Shown: positions 36,981 through 51,500 of the stretch, in pieces | Layout of the letters: each line of letters begins with the position of its first letter | Position numbering within the stretch: position 1 is the first letter of the stretch | Origin: Lytechinus pictus | Lineage: Eukaryota | Direction: 5' to 3' | Length of the DNA: 64,000 nucleotides | NCBI RefSeq assembly: GCF_037042905.1 | Contig: NC_087250.1 | Coordinates: 27,344,001 to 27,408,000 of the forward strand | The notes under the pieces: generated by a model | Told to the model about the DNA's origin: nothing | The model's input: only the letters and a program-made list of their open reading frames with translations | Databases searched by the model: none | Made by a program: the position numbers and the translations under genes

Positions 36981-38509
36981 AGCCGAAGAAGGGGGGGGGG
37001 GGGGTGCCAAGGCACCCTGGCCCCCCCCCCCATGGATCCGCGCCTGCAAACAAGTACCTAATTTAAAAAGAGGTAGGTATACAATTCGTGTCGTATTAAA
37101 TAAAAAAAGTACAATTTTTTTTTTATCAAATTCTATTAAACTTCATTTATAGAGTGACCTATTACAATTAGCCTCCCACTCAAACAAAATTTATAAATGG
37201 AAGAGAGGAGCGCTAGCAAAAGTTTTTCGATGTACTGACCTGAAAGCAAGGCATTATAGGCCTACCTTCAAACAAAATTCATCAGTGCGAGTGCGAAGCA
37301 CGTGCGAATTTTTTTTTGGACCTAACAACAAGCCATTTCAAGCTCTTTATTTCTTTAAATACCTTTAAGAAACATTTCGAAGTAATCATTACCCCCTACA
37401 TTAAAACATGCAACTAATTTGTTTCTACATCGTGCCCTGAAAAAAAAAATTATTAGCCACCTTTTTGTATCTGAATCCTCACAACCGCGTAGCATGGATT
37501 TAATTTTGGAGGGGGAGTTTTCCCCCTCCCGCGCGGAGCGCTAAGTATTTGATATCTCATCAAATTTGAATCAAAAGAAGACGTCTCTTATACCCTTATC
37601 AACTCGAATTAATTTGACTTGCTGTGATTAAAAACAAAACCTGTTTTCAAAAGAAAAGATGAGCGCCCTTAAAATGGGAAAAGATTGAGGAATTCAAAAT
37701 AATTTCTCTTACCGCGCAAAGCGCGAAAGCTAAGACGTTTATAAAAATAAAAATTGAGAACAGAAGTGGTATAGAATGCATACCTTAGTCACATCAGATT
37801 TGATTGTAAAAACTTTAGCCACATTAATTTCTTTAACTCGCAAACATAGTAGATGCGGGTATATGCAGGGAGGAAATATTTTTTCCCGCGAATTGCTTGA
37901 AGCTCTGAATTTTAGAAATTTCTTTGAAACTTTAACCTGCTCTAATTTTGATATTTCTATAAATAATACGAAGAAAAATTTTGCTCAAAATGTGAAAGGG
38001 ATGATGCCCGGATGATGCAAGCTTGAAGAGGGACTTTTCCTTTCCCATGCACGCGAAGCGTGGAAACTTCTGTGAGTTATTTTGGAAGGAAAAAATTGTG
38101 TAATTTCGCTCATAATATTAGGCGCTTCCTTTTGTATAATTAAGAAACTTCTGTGATATTCAAAATTTCAAATCAATGGCGCAAAACAGGACAGGAGATT
38201 TAAAAAATACTTCTCATACTCTTTAGACCCATGTGTACTTTATAATTTCTGGCAAGAATGTGATTCCCATGGCCGGGAAGGAGAAAAACGGAGTAGTAAA
38301 AAAAGGTGTGAGAAACAAAGGGGAGAGGCAATTTTGATATTTTCACGCGCGGAGCGCGGAAGCTAAATTTTGTATGAAGAGAGAGAACATCTCGTTTAGG
38401 TCTTTATTCTTTTGACAAAAAAAAAAAAATAAAGCTATACCCTTCTTCCCTTTTCTCACTTCACTTTTTCTTTTTCTCCCTTTTCCCTTTTTTTTTTTTT
38501 TTCGGGGGC

Positions 38510-38545
<36 letters not shown>

Positions 38546-39052
38546 GGGGGGGGGGGAGCGACCGCTCCCACCGCCCGCTCCCCCTGGCTACGCGCCTGAA
38601 TCCTCATATCAGTGATAACAAAAATGATATAATCATGAGAGCGTGAAGCACGAGCTGATTTTTCCCTCTACAATGACAGGAACTGGGCTTTTGGAGCTCT
38701 TCCAAATTTCTGTCGGCAAATGCGTCACTCTTTTCCTCCTTTTCTCCTTTCCTTTCTCTTCTGCTTTCCTTTTCCTTGGTTATAACATGGAATGGGCATG
38801 CATATATATAAATATATATGTATGCATGCACATATGCAAGCACACACTCGATCGGACCTATGGCTATACCCCGCATATATATATATATATAAAACGAGAA
38901 ATTTGATTGGCCATTCCAACATCTGTGTTAAAAGTTACGAACCGTTGCGTACGTTATGACACAACCATACGTACGTTATGACACAACCACGCGTACGTTA
39001 TGACAGAACCACGCGTACGTTGTGACAGAACCACGCGTACGTAATGACTATA

Positions 39053-39344
39053 ATAATATGGTGGGCCGTTCCCGCCAAAACGCATGCCAAAACCATACGT
39101 GTGCAAGCCAGAACGTACGCATGGTTCTTTCATAACGTACGCGTGGATCTGTCATAACGTACGTATGGTCTTGACAGAACGTACGTATGGACATTTTCTA
39201 TTATACTTCTATGACATTCTTAACGTACGTATGGTTTTGACATAACGTACGCGTGGTTCTGTCATTACGTACGCGTGGTTCTGTCATTACGTACGCGTGG
39301 TTCTGTCATTGCGTAAGCGTGGTTCTGTCATTATGCATGCTTAA
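39053..39344 (+). repeat. Palindrome spacer = terminal module T (copy 2)
   Basis: 39056-~39300 is a direct copy of 18891-19137 and inverted copy of ~53820-54064. Confidence 0.9.
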
Positions 39345-39523
39345 TATAGTCATTACGTACGCGTGGTTCTGTCATAACGTACGCGTGGTTCTGTCATAAC
39401 GTACGCGTGGTTGTGTCATAACGTACGCGTGGTTGTGTCATAACGTACGTATGGTTGTGTCATAACGTACGCAACGGTTCGTAACTTTTAACACAGATGT
39501 TGGAATGGCCAATCAAATTTCTC

Positions 39524-39571
<48 letters not shown>

Positions 39572-42500
39572 GTATAGCCATAGGTCCGATCGAGTGTGTG
39601 CTTGCATATGTGCATGCATACATATATATTTATATATATGCATGCCCATTCCATGTTATAACCAAGGAAAAGGAAAGAAGAAGAGAAAGGAAAGGAGAAA
39701 AGGAGTAAAAGAGTGACGCATTTGCCGACAGAAATTTGGAAGAGCTTCAAAAGCCCAGTTCCTGTCATTGTAGAGGGAAAAATCAGCTCGTGCTTCACGC
39801 TCTCACGATTATATCATTTTTTATCACTGATATGAGGATTCAGGCGCGTAGCCAGGGGGAGGGGGCGGTGGGAGCGGTCGCCCCCCCCCCAAAAAAAAAA
39901 AAAAAAATGCCCCCGAAAATAAAAAAAGAGAAAGGGAACAGGGAGAAAAAGAAAAAGTGAGGTGAGAAAAGGGAAGAAGGGTATAGCTTTATTGTTTTTT
40001 TTTCTTTCTTTTTTTGTCAAAAGAATAAAGACCTAAACGAGATGTTCTCTCTCTTCATACAAAATTTTGTACCGCGCTCTGCGCGTGAAAATATCAAAAT
40101 TGCCTCTCCCCTTTGTTTCTCACACCTTTTTTTACTACTCAGTTTTTCTCCTTCCCCGCCATGGGAATCACATTGCCAGAAATTATAAAGTACACATGGG
40201 TCTAAAGAGTATGAGAAGTATTTTTTTAATCTCCTGTCCTGTTTTGCGCCATTGATTTGAAATTTTGAATATCACAGAAGTTTCTTAATTATACAAAAGG
40301 AAGCGCCTAATATTATAAGCGAAATTACACAATTTTTTTCTTCCAAAATAACTCACTGAAGTTTCCACGCTTCGCGTGCATGGGAAAGGAAAAGTCCCTC
40401 TTCAAGCTTGCATCATCCGGGCATCATCACTTTCACATTCTGAGCTACATTTTTCTTCGTATTATTTATAGAAATATCAAAATTAGAGCAGGTTAAAGTT
40501 TCAAAGAAATTTCTAAAATTCAGAGCTTCAAGCAATTCGCGGGAAAAAATATTTCCTCCCTGCATAAACCCGCATCTACTATGTTTGCGAGTTAAAGAAA
40601 TTAATGTGGCTAAAGTTTTTACAATCAAATCTGATGTGACTAAGGTAGGCATTTTATACCACTTCTGTTCTCAATTTTTATTTTTATAAACGTCTTAGCT
40701 TTCGCGCTTTGCGCGGTAAGAGAAATTATTTTGAATTCCTCAATCTTTTCCCATTTTAAGGGCGCTCATCTTTTCTTTTAAAAAACAGGTTTTGTTTTTA
40801 ATCACATCAAGTCAAATTAATTCGAGTTGATAAGGGTATAAGAGACGTCTTCTTTTGATTCAAATTTGATGAGATATCAAATACTTAGCGCTCCGCGCGG
40901 GAGGGGGAAAACTCCCCCTCCAAAATTAAATCCAGGCTACGCGGTTGTGAGGATTCAGATACAAAAAGGTGGCTAATAATTTTTTTTTCAGGGCACGATG
41001 TAGAAACAAATTAGTTGCATGTTTTAATGTAGGGGGTAATGATTACTTCGAAATGTTTCTTAAAGGTATTTAAAGAAATAAAGAGCTTGAAATGGCTTGT
41101 TTTTAGGTCCAAAAAAAAAATCGCACGCGCTTCGCACTTGCACTGATGAATTTTGTTTGAAGGGAGGCCTATAATGCCTTGCTTTCAGGTCAGTACATCG
41201 AAAAACTTTTGCTAGCGCTCCTCTCTTCCATTTATACATTTTGTTTGAGGGGGAGTCTAATTGTAATAGGTCACTCTATAAATGAAGTTTAATAGAATTT
41301 GATAAAAAAATAATTGTACTTTTTTTATTTAATACGACACGAATTTTATACCTACCTCTTTTTAAATTAGGTATCTGTTTGCAGGCGCGGATCCATGGGG
41401 AGGGCCAAGGGGGCCTTGCCCCCCCCCCCCTCCTTCGGCAAAAAAAAGAAGAGAGGGAAAGAAAGAGGGAAAAGAGGGAAAGAGGGGAAAGAAAAGAAGA
41501 AAAAGAAGAAAGGAAGATGACGGAAGAAGGGAAGAAAAAAGAGAGGAAAAGGGGGAAAAGAAAAAGAGGAGAGGGGAGAAAAGGAAAGGAAAAGGAGAAA
41601 AAAAGAGAGAGGAAGGAGGAGGAAAGAAGAGAAGAGAGAGAAAGGGGAAAAGAAGGGGGGAAAGAGAGAGGAAGAGGGGGAAGGAAGAAGAGGGGAAAAA
41701 AGAGGGAGGAAAGGGGGAAAGAAAAGAAGAAAAAGGGAAGAGGGGAAGGAAGGGAAGGAAAAGGGAGAGGAAAAGGGGAAAGAAAGAGAAGGAAAAAGAG
41801 AGGGAAAGGAAAAGGAGAAAAAGAGAGAGAGAGGGGAAGAGGGGAAAGGAAGAGTAGAAAAAGAGAGAGAGGAAAAAGAGGAAAGAAAAGGAGAAAAAAG
41901 AGGAAGAGAAGAAAAGAAAAGGGAGGAGAGGGAGAGGGGGGAGAGGGGGAAGAAAAAAGAGAAAGAGGGGAAAAGAAAAGGAAAAAAGGAAAGAGAGGAA
42001 GAGGGAGGAAAGAAGAGAAGAAAAAGGAGAGGGGAAAGAAAGGAAGAGAAGAAAGAAAAGAAAAAAAGGAGAAGATGAGGGGAAAGAAAGAGAAAAAGGA
42101 GGAAGAGGGTAAAAGAGAAGAAAAGGGAGGGGGAGGGGGAAGAAAAAAGAGGAAGTGGGGAAAGAAGAGGGGGGAAGAGAGAGGAAGAGGGGAAAAGGAG
42201 AAAAAAAAGAGAAAGAGGGAAGAAAGAAGAGAAGAAAAAAGAGAGAGAAAGGGGGAAAAGAAAAGGGAAGAGGAAGAGGGGGAAGGACGAGAAGAAGAAA
42301 AAAAAGGAAGAGGAGGAAAGAAAATGATGTTTGAACCAAAAGGAAGCCGAAATGATGTTCGAAGGAATGTCAAAATGATGTTTGGACTGGGGGCCGAAAT
42401 GATGTTCGAACGGGGGGGGGGGGGGGGGGGGGAACTGATGTTCGACGTAGGGGCGCCGAATTGATGTTGGAACTAGGGGGCGCCAAATTGATGTTGGAAC

Positions 42501-45500
42501 TAGGGGGCGCCAAATTGAGACTCGGGCTAGGGGTGGGGGGCGAAATAATATTCGAACTAGGGGCGCTAAATTGTTGTTCGAAGGGATGTTAAAATGATGT
42601 TCGAACTGGGGGCGCCAAATTGATACTCGAACTGGGGGGGGGGGCGAATCGATGTTCGAGCTAGGGGGGCGCCAAATTGATACTCGAGCTAGGGGGGGGG
42701 GCGAAATGATATTCGAACTAGGGAAGGCAAATTGAGTTCGAAGGGATGCCAAAATGATGTTCGAACTGGGGGCCGAATTGATGTTCGAACGGGGGGGGGG
42801 GGGGGTGTGCGAAATGATGATCGACCTACATGTAGGGGTGCCGAATTGATACTCGAACTAGGGGGGGGGGCGTCGAATTGATGTTCGAACTAGGGGCACC
42901 ACATTGATGTTTGAACTATAGGGGGCGCCGAATTGATATTCGAACTAGGGGCGCCAATTTGATGTTCCAACTGGGGGCGCCAAATTGATGTTCGACCTAT
43001 GGAGGCCAAATAGATGTTCGACTACGGGGGGGGGGGCATGGGGGCACGTGCATGAATTCCTAGAATCAGTCCTTAAAATGTCCCTTTTTCTAATTTGAAT
43101 ATCAAAAATCTTCAGCTCGCGCTTCGCGCTCGCATCATTTGGTTAGTGAACTACGTATGGTCTTCATGAATTCCTACAAACAAGCCTTAAAATGCCCCTC
43201 TTCAGGTCTGAATTTTCTAAATTTTCAGCTTGCGCTTTGCGCTCGCAAGATTTGATTGGTGAGATGGGTATATGTTAATCATGATTACAAGTGCTATATG
43301 TGCATGTTTAGATGTAATTCTAACAAATCAGCAAGCGCTTATTGGCACTCGCGTTAGATGACTATGGTGAGATGTGTATACTCTTAATGAATTCCTAAAA
43401 TATAGTCCTTAAAATCTTCCTGTTTGGGGGTCAATATTTACAAAAATTTCAGCTCGCGCTTCGCGCTCGCATTATTTAGCGAGACAGGTACGCATCATGA
43501 TTACAAAAGATTAATTATAATGTCCCCTTTTAGGTCTGAATATCAAAAATTTAAGCTCGCGCTTCGCGTTCGCATTATTTGACCAGTGAGAGACATATCC
43601 GCCTAATGGCACTGTCCTTAAAATGTCTCTATTAGGTCAGTATACCTGGCAACTGGGCGCGCTTCGCGCGCTTACTAAGTGACTCAAGATTTTTGCTGGT
43701 GCCCCCCAATGCCGTGACCCACGGTACGCCACTGCATCGATTGATAATTTGATGTCTCATTGAGAAGTTAGAATATAGTGAATCCCCAGAAAAAAACGAA
43801 ACCGTAATTCGGTGAAAGTTTTTGCTGCCATAATCATAATTTTTCTTCATCTGATATATAAATCAAAATATATCAATGGTCATAAAACACGCATGACTGA
43901 GTTAGAACAATGGAAATGGTGTTACCAAATTTTCGTTTGCTCGTGCAATTTTACGATTTTTCTGGCTTTTACTGCTATCCATTCAATCAAAGTTCATAAC
44001 TGAAACATCCATTTCTTCTTTTTTTTCATAATTATGAGACCCTCTTCGTAAAATATGAATGACGCACGGTCGAGAAAAAGTTGCATGAAACATATTTGAT
44101 TCCCTACCTATTCGATGAATCGTTGGAAAAGAAACATTCCACGGCAAAAAATGTTCAGTTATGCCAAATTGAATATTTTTTTCATTTGAATTATGGCTCA
44201 AAGCTCATGACCAGTTGACCACCATAGTCATGAATGTATTTCGACCTTAGTGATGTCAGTATGTTATACATTGAACCCTAGGCTATGAGGATAATTGACT
44301 GACGGCTATTTTGTTATTTGGGGGCTAGATCTATTTATTTAGTTCATGTGGGGAGCTAAAAAATCGGCCTTAGAGCTGAATTCCAGTGTATTTCATACTC
44401 TGCTTTGGGGCCTTCTCATACAATAGTTGCCATAGACTCTATGATATTTGACATTTACCAAAAAAGAAAGACTGGCAAATTTTGTGCGCAAGTCAACATT
44501 TCGTGTGTCACTCTGTGGATTTTGCTTGCCAACCAAATATCAACCCCCCCCCCCAAAAAAAAAAAGAGCCGTTATTCGCCAACAAGGTCAAAACATTTCT
44601 ATTGATGTATAATTAACATTTCCATTACATACATAATAAAAACATGCATAAAAACATTTTAGACTTAATGATTTCACAGAGTCAAGTAATCTATTTCTAT
44701 AACGGCTTTTGGGGTCATTTTCCAAACGATATTGGATTCGACGTTTTCTTTGTACACTGCAAAATCATCACTGCCGCGGTCCTGTAGAAACTGATGAACC
44801 GGAAGAAAGTTAACTTCATTAATTTTGTACTTTGCATGTGAACCAGTTATTGAGGGAACTCTCAATTGGTCTAGGTAAAATACTGTTAAATGAGAAGTCC
44901 CCAAAGAAAACGGCCAGTCACCGACTGGTGCATATTTCTTTCACAAGCAAACTAAAAATTACTATCCCTACGGGGGGGGGGGGTCAAGTTGATCTAAAAC
45001 ACTAAAGAAAAATGCTTAGCACGCCGTATCAACCGCAGGTAATGTTATTTTTAAGTTAGGCCCCCACAATCCCAAATCAACTAAATTAGATCTACTTCAA
45101 GTAGGTTTCCAAAAGTTTCAAAACTCCATAAATTCTACATATTATTTCACATACAACTAAATCTACATACAAGCTAAATACATAAACACAATAACGCCAA
45201 ATAAATTCAAATTACTTAATTCATATATTGATGTAAAAATAAATATTTACATTTAGCGCATGTTTCCAATTCAAAACACTTTATAAGTATATACACTACA
45301 TGATATAAAACATCTCAATGTTACTTATACCATCGAACTTGTCACATACACGGTGTATCTGCTAGTTTATATAATACGACGTACATTTGTTATATTGTAT
45401 TTTTTTAAATTGAATACATCTAATGTGGGAGATTAGCTTTAATCTTACACACGCTTTGGAATATCTTATTCTAGTTTTTAATTTCGATGTTCATTCTCCC

Positions 45501-47712
45501 AACATTTTCTAAGTTCATTGACCCAGGCGGCCAGGCCTGCAATGACCCTAAATTACCTTTGACCTTGGTCATGTTACCTTAAACAAACGTAGTCAGGATA
45601 TTCCGCTATACTTTATTACCCTTGTTTCCAAGTTTCATGAACTATGACATTTCACAAACTTAACTTTGGTTAAGATTTCAGTGTTGACGCCGTCCCCATC
45701 GTCAAAAAGAGGCGCCAATTATTGTCTCGCTCTGCTATGTAGGCGAGACAAAAATATGTTCTGTCCTATAGCGACTTTTGTAACATGTTTTAGTAGGGGG
45801 CACGTAGGCAATTCGTCAATATTTTAATGAGTAATTCGTGAGCTTCACGAGCTGAGCACTCCATAACTCTATTCCTAACAAAAGCCGCTCTTGTTTATTA
45901 AAGGCTAAGAAACAAAATATGAATAAGAGTTGTGAATTCTTCTTGCATGAAGGGAAGCACTCTGCACTTTGACAAATGTATGAGAAGCGTCTGATTTTAA
46001 CTGTTGTTTTTATATTGCTTGCAACACTTAAGCCACTAATCCCAAACGGATTGGAAAATATAATGTTAACAAGTGGAATATAATATTATATATAGGTCCT
46101 ATGTTTCAATTGGACGGTGAATGGAGTACACGGCCAACAATTATATAACTTTAGCAGTACTGAGAGTATTATTCTTTGATCTGAGCAGATTGAATAACCG
46201 ATTTTCTTTGACATTTCTGTTAATTTCAAATTACATTTTATACTGACACTGTTTACATTTTGTACCGATACTCTTGATATTTATCAGAACAAATGAGGAT
46301 TTCTATTCTTAGGTGAATGTTCTCTTGTTATTTCTGTATTGGAAAGCGCTTTGAGTAAAAATCGGTCTAGTAGTATAGTCACTAGTTACTAGTAAACGTT
46401 TTGCATGTTCTAGGTGGGTAGACATTCATACCACAACGCATATCATATTCTGAAATAGGATGTGCAGTATACCAACATGTGAACTTAATTATATATGGAT
46501 ATATTAATAATATATTATTTACAGAAATGTTGAAGTTTACTTGCAATATATAAAGGAATAAATGAAAATTTCATTGTAATGGTGAAAGTTTCGGATGCGT
46601 TTTTAATTTTTTTGACGAATCGTCAAATACTCAAATAACTGAAATAACTCTATGGTTTATATCGTTCCTATATTTTTGTTTCAAGTAGTAATGCGTAAAA
46701 GACAGCTAGATACAGTTGATGATACGACACCTTTTCGTTTCCAACCTACAGTGGGAAATCACGTTGTAATTTTTTAAAACGAATTCCATTGAAAATATTA
46801 CGTGGATTTACTCAGGCCTAAACTGCATTGCTATCATTTACATGTATTGTTACATCTTGAAATAGTTGATATATACAAGATACACGGGACCTTGGAATTC
46901 ATGTTTCACGTGTATTGTATGCAAGGGTGTCGATCGGTATTCTTGGTTGGGGGGGGGGGGGGGCGAGTGATTGACACAAATATTCTTGTGGATGGGGATC
47001 TTTCAATATTACCCCCACTAAAATCACAAGTTGTGACATTTGGGAGTGGTTGATATGCATGGTGTTCTTGGAAATTCCTTCATTGTTGCAGTGTACTGTA
47101 TTTATATAATTAAAAAAAAAATTAAATTTGTGTTACAAGTATTAAGCCCAGTGGCGTACCGTGGGTCATGGCATTGGGGGGCACCAGCAAAAATTTTGAG
47201 TCACTTAGTGAGCGCGCAAGTTGCCAGGTATACTGACCTAATATACATTTTAAGGACAGTGCCATATATTAAACAGATATGTATCTCACTGATGAAATAA
47301 TGCGAGCGCGAAGCGCGAGCTTAAAATTTTTGATATTCGGACGTAAAAAGGGACATTATAATCAACTTTTTGTAATCATGATACGTACCTGTCTCGCTAA
47401 ACAATGCGAGCGCGAAGCGCGAGCTGAATTTTTTTTACCCCAAACAGGGAGATTTTAAGGACTATATTTAAGGAATCCACTACATATCTCACCACAGTCA
47501 TCTAATGCGAGTGCTAAGCGCTTGCTGATTTTGTTAGAATTACACATGAAGCACTTGAAGTCATTGTAATCATGATTATTAACATACGCAACTCAATAAT
47601 CAAATATTGCGAGCGCGAAGCGCGAGTTGAAAATTTAGGAAATTCAGACATGAAAAGGGGCATTCTAAAGCTTGTTTGTAGGAATTCACTAAGACCATAC
47701 GTATTTCATTAA

Positions 47713-48576
47713 AGACCCAGACCGGACTAAAAAAAGAAATTGACAAATTATATACCAATCGAAAGCTTATAAGCTACTAAATACAGCAATGTATGCTTTA
47801 TGCATTTTCACAGCTTCCCAGCTGAGTATTTGCTTAAGAATATTCCAATTATCGGGCTTCGAACCCGGCTTAGAAAATGTGCTTTATTGTGCTTTTCACC
47901 TGCCTCGAGACCGTGACGTCACGTTGTGTAAGAAGCGTCGTGATTCCATAGGTTTGTACACAGAAAAACTGGGTGATTTCTTTGCTTTCCAGATAACGCA
48001 TTTCATTCTCTTTACTTCTATCACAGAGGGATATCACATATATTTTTTCCCACTAGCTTGAATTTATGAAATCTACAGTTTTTATCTAGTTTTTGCCATA
48101 TTTTATTTCCTGCTTATTTGGCGCAGATTTCAATTCTATCTGCATTTAAATTATGTATAACAACTTTTCCTGACATAGCACTTTAGGCCCAATAAGAACC
48201 AAACAAAGAAATCACAAAAAAGGTAGTGAATAGTTGTAGGTTTACATCAATTTGAACAGTGAGTAATTTTAAGTGCCATTTTCATCTGGAAACGAAAAGA
48301 AAATGGATTCATAACATGGAAATGGAAGAAAATACCCAATGCTTTTGTACACAAGCCTATGGAATCACGACCCTCCAGACACAACGTGACGTCATCATTT
48401 CCAGGCGACGTGGGGGTGCTAAATCGAAGCGTACTTTGGAGGAGAAGTTTCTTAAATTTTTATTCAATATTTTTAAGAAATGGAAGGAAATATTTGTAAT
48501 ATTTTTGGTATATTTGTATTCTATGAATAATTGCCTTTCTTTTGATATATGATTGTTTTTACACCGGTCATGGTCT
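47713..48576. mobile_element. Kolobok-type MITE (family D), right-arm specific
   Basis: TTAA TSD (47709-47712, 48577-48580); TIR AGACC(CA/AT)GACCGG; empty site with a single TTAA at 24360-24363. Confidence 0.85.
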
Positions 48577-51500
48577 TTAACCAAAAGATGCGAGCGCGAA
48601 GCGCGACCTGAAAATGTTTTATATTGAGATCAGAAAAAGGGATATTTTAAGGACTGATTCTAGGAATTCATGGAGAGCAGACATATCTCACTAATGCGAA
48701 CATAAGCACGGACAAGAAATATTTTATATTAAGACCTTAAAATGTGGCAATCACTTTAAGTAGTCATGAAAAGAAGCATACTATTGCACATAAAATAATA
48801 ATTCGAAGTGCGAGGAAGTATAGTGAAAACAGGAGGTTTTAGTACCACAGGATTATATATCTCGTTAAAGTTAAACAGACAATGTGAGCACCAGGAACAA
48901 TGAAGGCATGGGCCCTGAACAAATTATGTTTCATAAAGTTATGAAAAAAAATGCGTCTTATGTAATTATAACAGAATTATAGTACAATATAACATCATAA
49001 TGAACAATAATTTCTTCTTTCCCATTACATTTCCCTTCCTCTCTCCCTCTTTTTCTCCTTTTCCTCGTTTTTTTTTGTCAGCCGATTGGGTGGGCATGTG
49101 CCCCCCATGCCCCCCGTAGTTACCCCACTGAGTGAGCCTATTCTAAACTCATACGAAATAAAAAATTACAAAAATTGTCTGGACCATGTACAAAGTGATC
49201 TGTTTATTGAGCATGATGCATACAACTTCCCTCTTAAATCTAACCCCACTGGCAATATCTCTTTTCTTCGTTAATGCATGGTGACAAACATCATGCACTT
49301 GGATGTGGGGAGGGGTAAATCTGAGAAAAGTTGTTTGTACTTTTTCAAGATCTACCCTCTAGGATTTACGTCCATGGAGGTTTCCCTGTTTATCTTGCCA
49401 CCCTTTTCCACCCGTTTATTTTCCACCCTTTTGAATTAATTGATTTCTTAAAATTAATTTATTCACCACTGGTGGGATGGAACACCCTATCAACAAAAGT
49501 TTTTTTTTCGTCGGGGTCCATTTATGTCATGTGTTAAAAAATATCATACACCGGTACATAAACATATCATTCTTTTTCATTTTGAACCTCCACCTATCTG
49601 TTTAAAAGTCCTGGAAAAGAATGTTTTTATTTAATATCAATATACACAAATTGCGAGGGAAACAAACTGATTGATGACATACTATAATCATCACTATAAT
49701 CACCATTATCAAACTTTTCATATTTTCATCATCATTATTACAATTTTTCTACCCTGAATTATTGGGGGGGGGGGGATGATAATACAGGTCATCCCCCACT
49801 TGAAATATTGGGGGGATATATCCCCCCATCCCCCCGTGATCGATACCCATGATTGTATGAAAGAGATAGATAAGAACCTATCGTCCAAAATGATGCGAAC
49901 TTAAGAGCATCATATTTATATAGACATTGCCAATAAAGTATATTTTTTACAGCATATTTATCTTTAGTATCTTGTATTTGTTTATTTACACCGTTTACAC
50001 GCATTCTGTTTCTTTTGAAAATATATTTGGAGTATATACAATTTGAGCAAGATTATAAGATACATTTCATACATAACCTTTTGATACTTGATATGATTGT
50101 TGCAAGAGCGGAAGATCCAATGTTTGTTGAATAGGATTGACAAGACAACTCACTGTTTTGAATGGATTTCAAGCGAATAACACAAGATTATATAATATAT
50201 CCAAACACTTACAGATCTAAAGTAGGCAGTGCACTCCCAATCAGTAAATGCTGAGTGCTGACTACTGATCTCATGCAGAATATGCAAGTTAGTTATTGCA
50301 CAACCAGTGTTCATACGCGGCGATACAGGGGCGTCATCCCCGTAAGATTGTTCAAGCCCTATAACAAAACGTAGAAAAGAAAAAAATGGGGGTACCCAGA
50401 AGAACGAAGTATGCCTATACAATGCAAGATAGGTTTCTGTGTGAAGTAACTAGACATTACCCATTCGGCAATGGGAGTCAATATTTTTGGCACGATTATT
50501 ACTTGACTTGAAATTAGGGCCCCCTAAGAAATCCTGGATCCGCGCCTGGCTCCCGCTCACATAATTCTAGCAGGGTCTATTCTGATGAGAAAATAAACGA
50601 GATTGGAAGCATCAAATGGTTAAAATAGAAATCGCTCGCGCTTCGCGCTCGCATTGATTCTTTTTAAAAGTGATATTACATTTATTCATGAACACATCAT
50701 TATGAAACCATTATTAAATTCCCTCTTCTTCATGTGCCTATGAAATAAAATAGTTTAACATGCATTTAAGGCACTTATGATTGCCTGGGGGGAGGGAGGG
50801 GAAGGGGCCGCCATTTTTCCGAAAAGTACACAGGGGCGCCAAAATCAGGTCGAATTTGGGCCCCCCCCCCCCCCTCCCTACGAAATCCTGGATCCGCGCC
50901 TGCCTGTTTGCCCCCAAATTATAGTTGTTTAGTAATGAGCTGAAAAGCGGGAGAAGTTGCCTATGTTGAGGTGACGACAGAAATTGATATATAGATTTTA
51001 CCAGACCAGAAGTTGTGCGATCAATTTGAAAAAAGAAGAAGATAACTTCATATAATTCGGACTAACCTTACCCTAATTCCATGGAGCTATAAAACATGTC
51101 TAATTCCATGCCCTAATGTATACATTTGAACTTTAACTGGCAAGAAAAACATATACCTGAGGTGGAAACATAGGGTTAGAGAAAGGGTAATGGGATACAA
51201 AGGAGAACTGCAATATTATATTTAACTGCGCGCAGCGCGGAAGCAAAATTCATATATATAAATTTAGAGCAAGAATGAAGGAGTTTTTTTTTGAGAAAAA
51301 AAAGAATAAAAGGAAAAACCCGCAAAGCTACGTTTCTTCCCTTTCCTCCCTTCTCTTTCCCTTTTCTCCTCTCTTTTTCCCTTTTTTTTCTTTTTTGGGG
51401 GGCGACCGCTCCCCCTGGCTACGCGCCTGCACTTGAGAAGGGGCTATGAGTTACAGCTCCCTATGCTTTGCTGCCAAGAAATACAGTATTTCATTTTGAG

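Larger units (their letters stand above)
18891..39052 (+). repeat. Left arm of giant inverted repeat (includes Gypsy insertion)
   Basis: Reverse complement of 39345-54064 throughout; mirrored ORF pairs e.g. 21133-21348/51500-51715, 33801-33992/43812-44003, 37776-38015/40413-40652. Confidence 0.95.

Noticed and set aside
35784..37152. Long ORFs (326-425 aa) in several frames, mirrored at 41276-42752
   Set aside because: Stop-free by composition of the C/T tract; products are low-complexity
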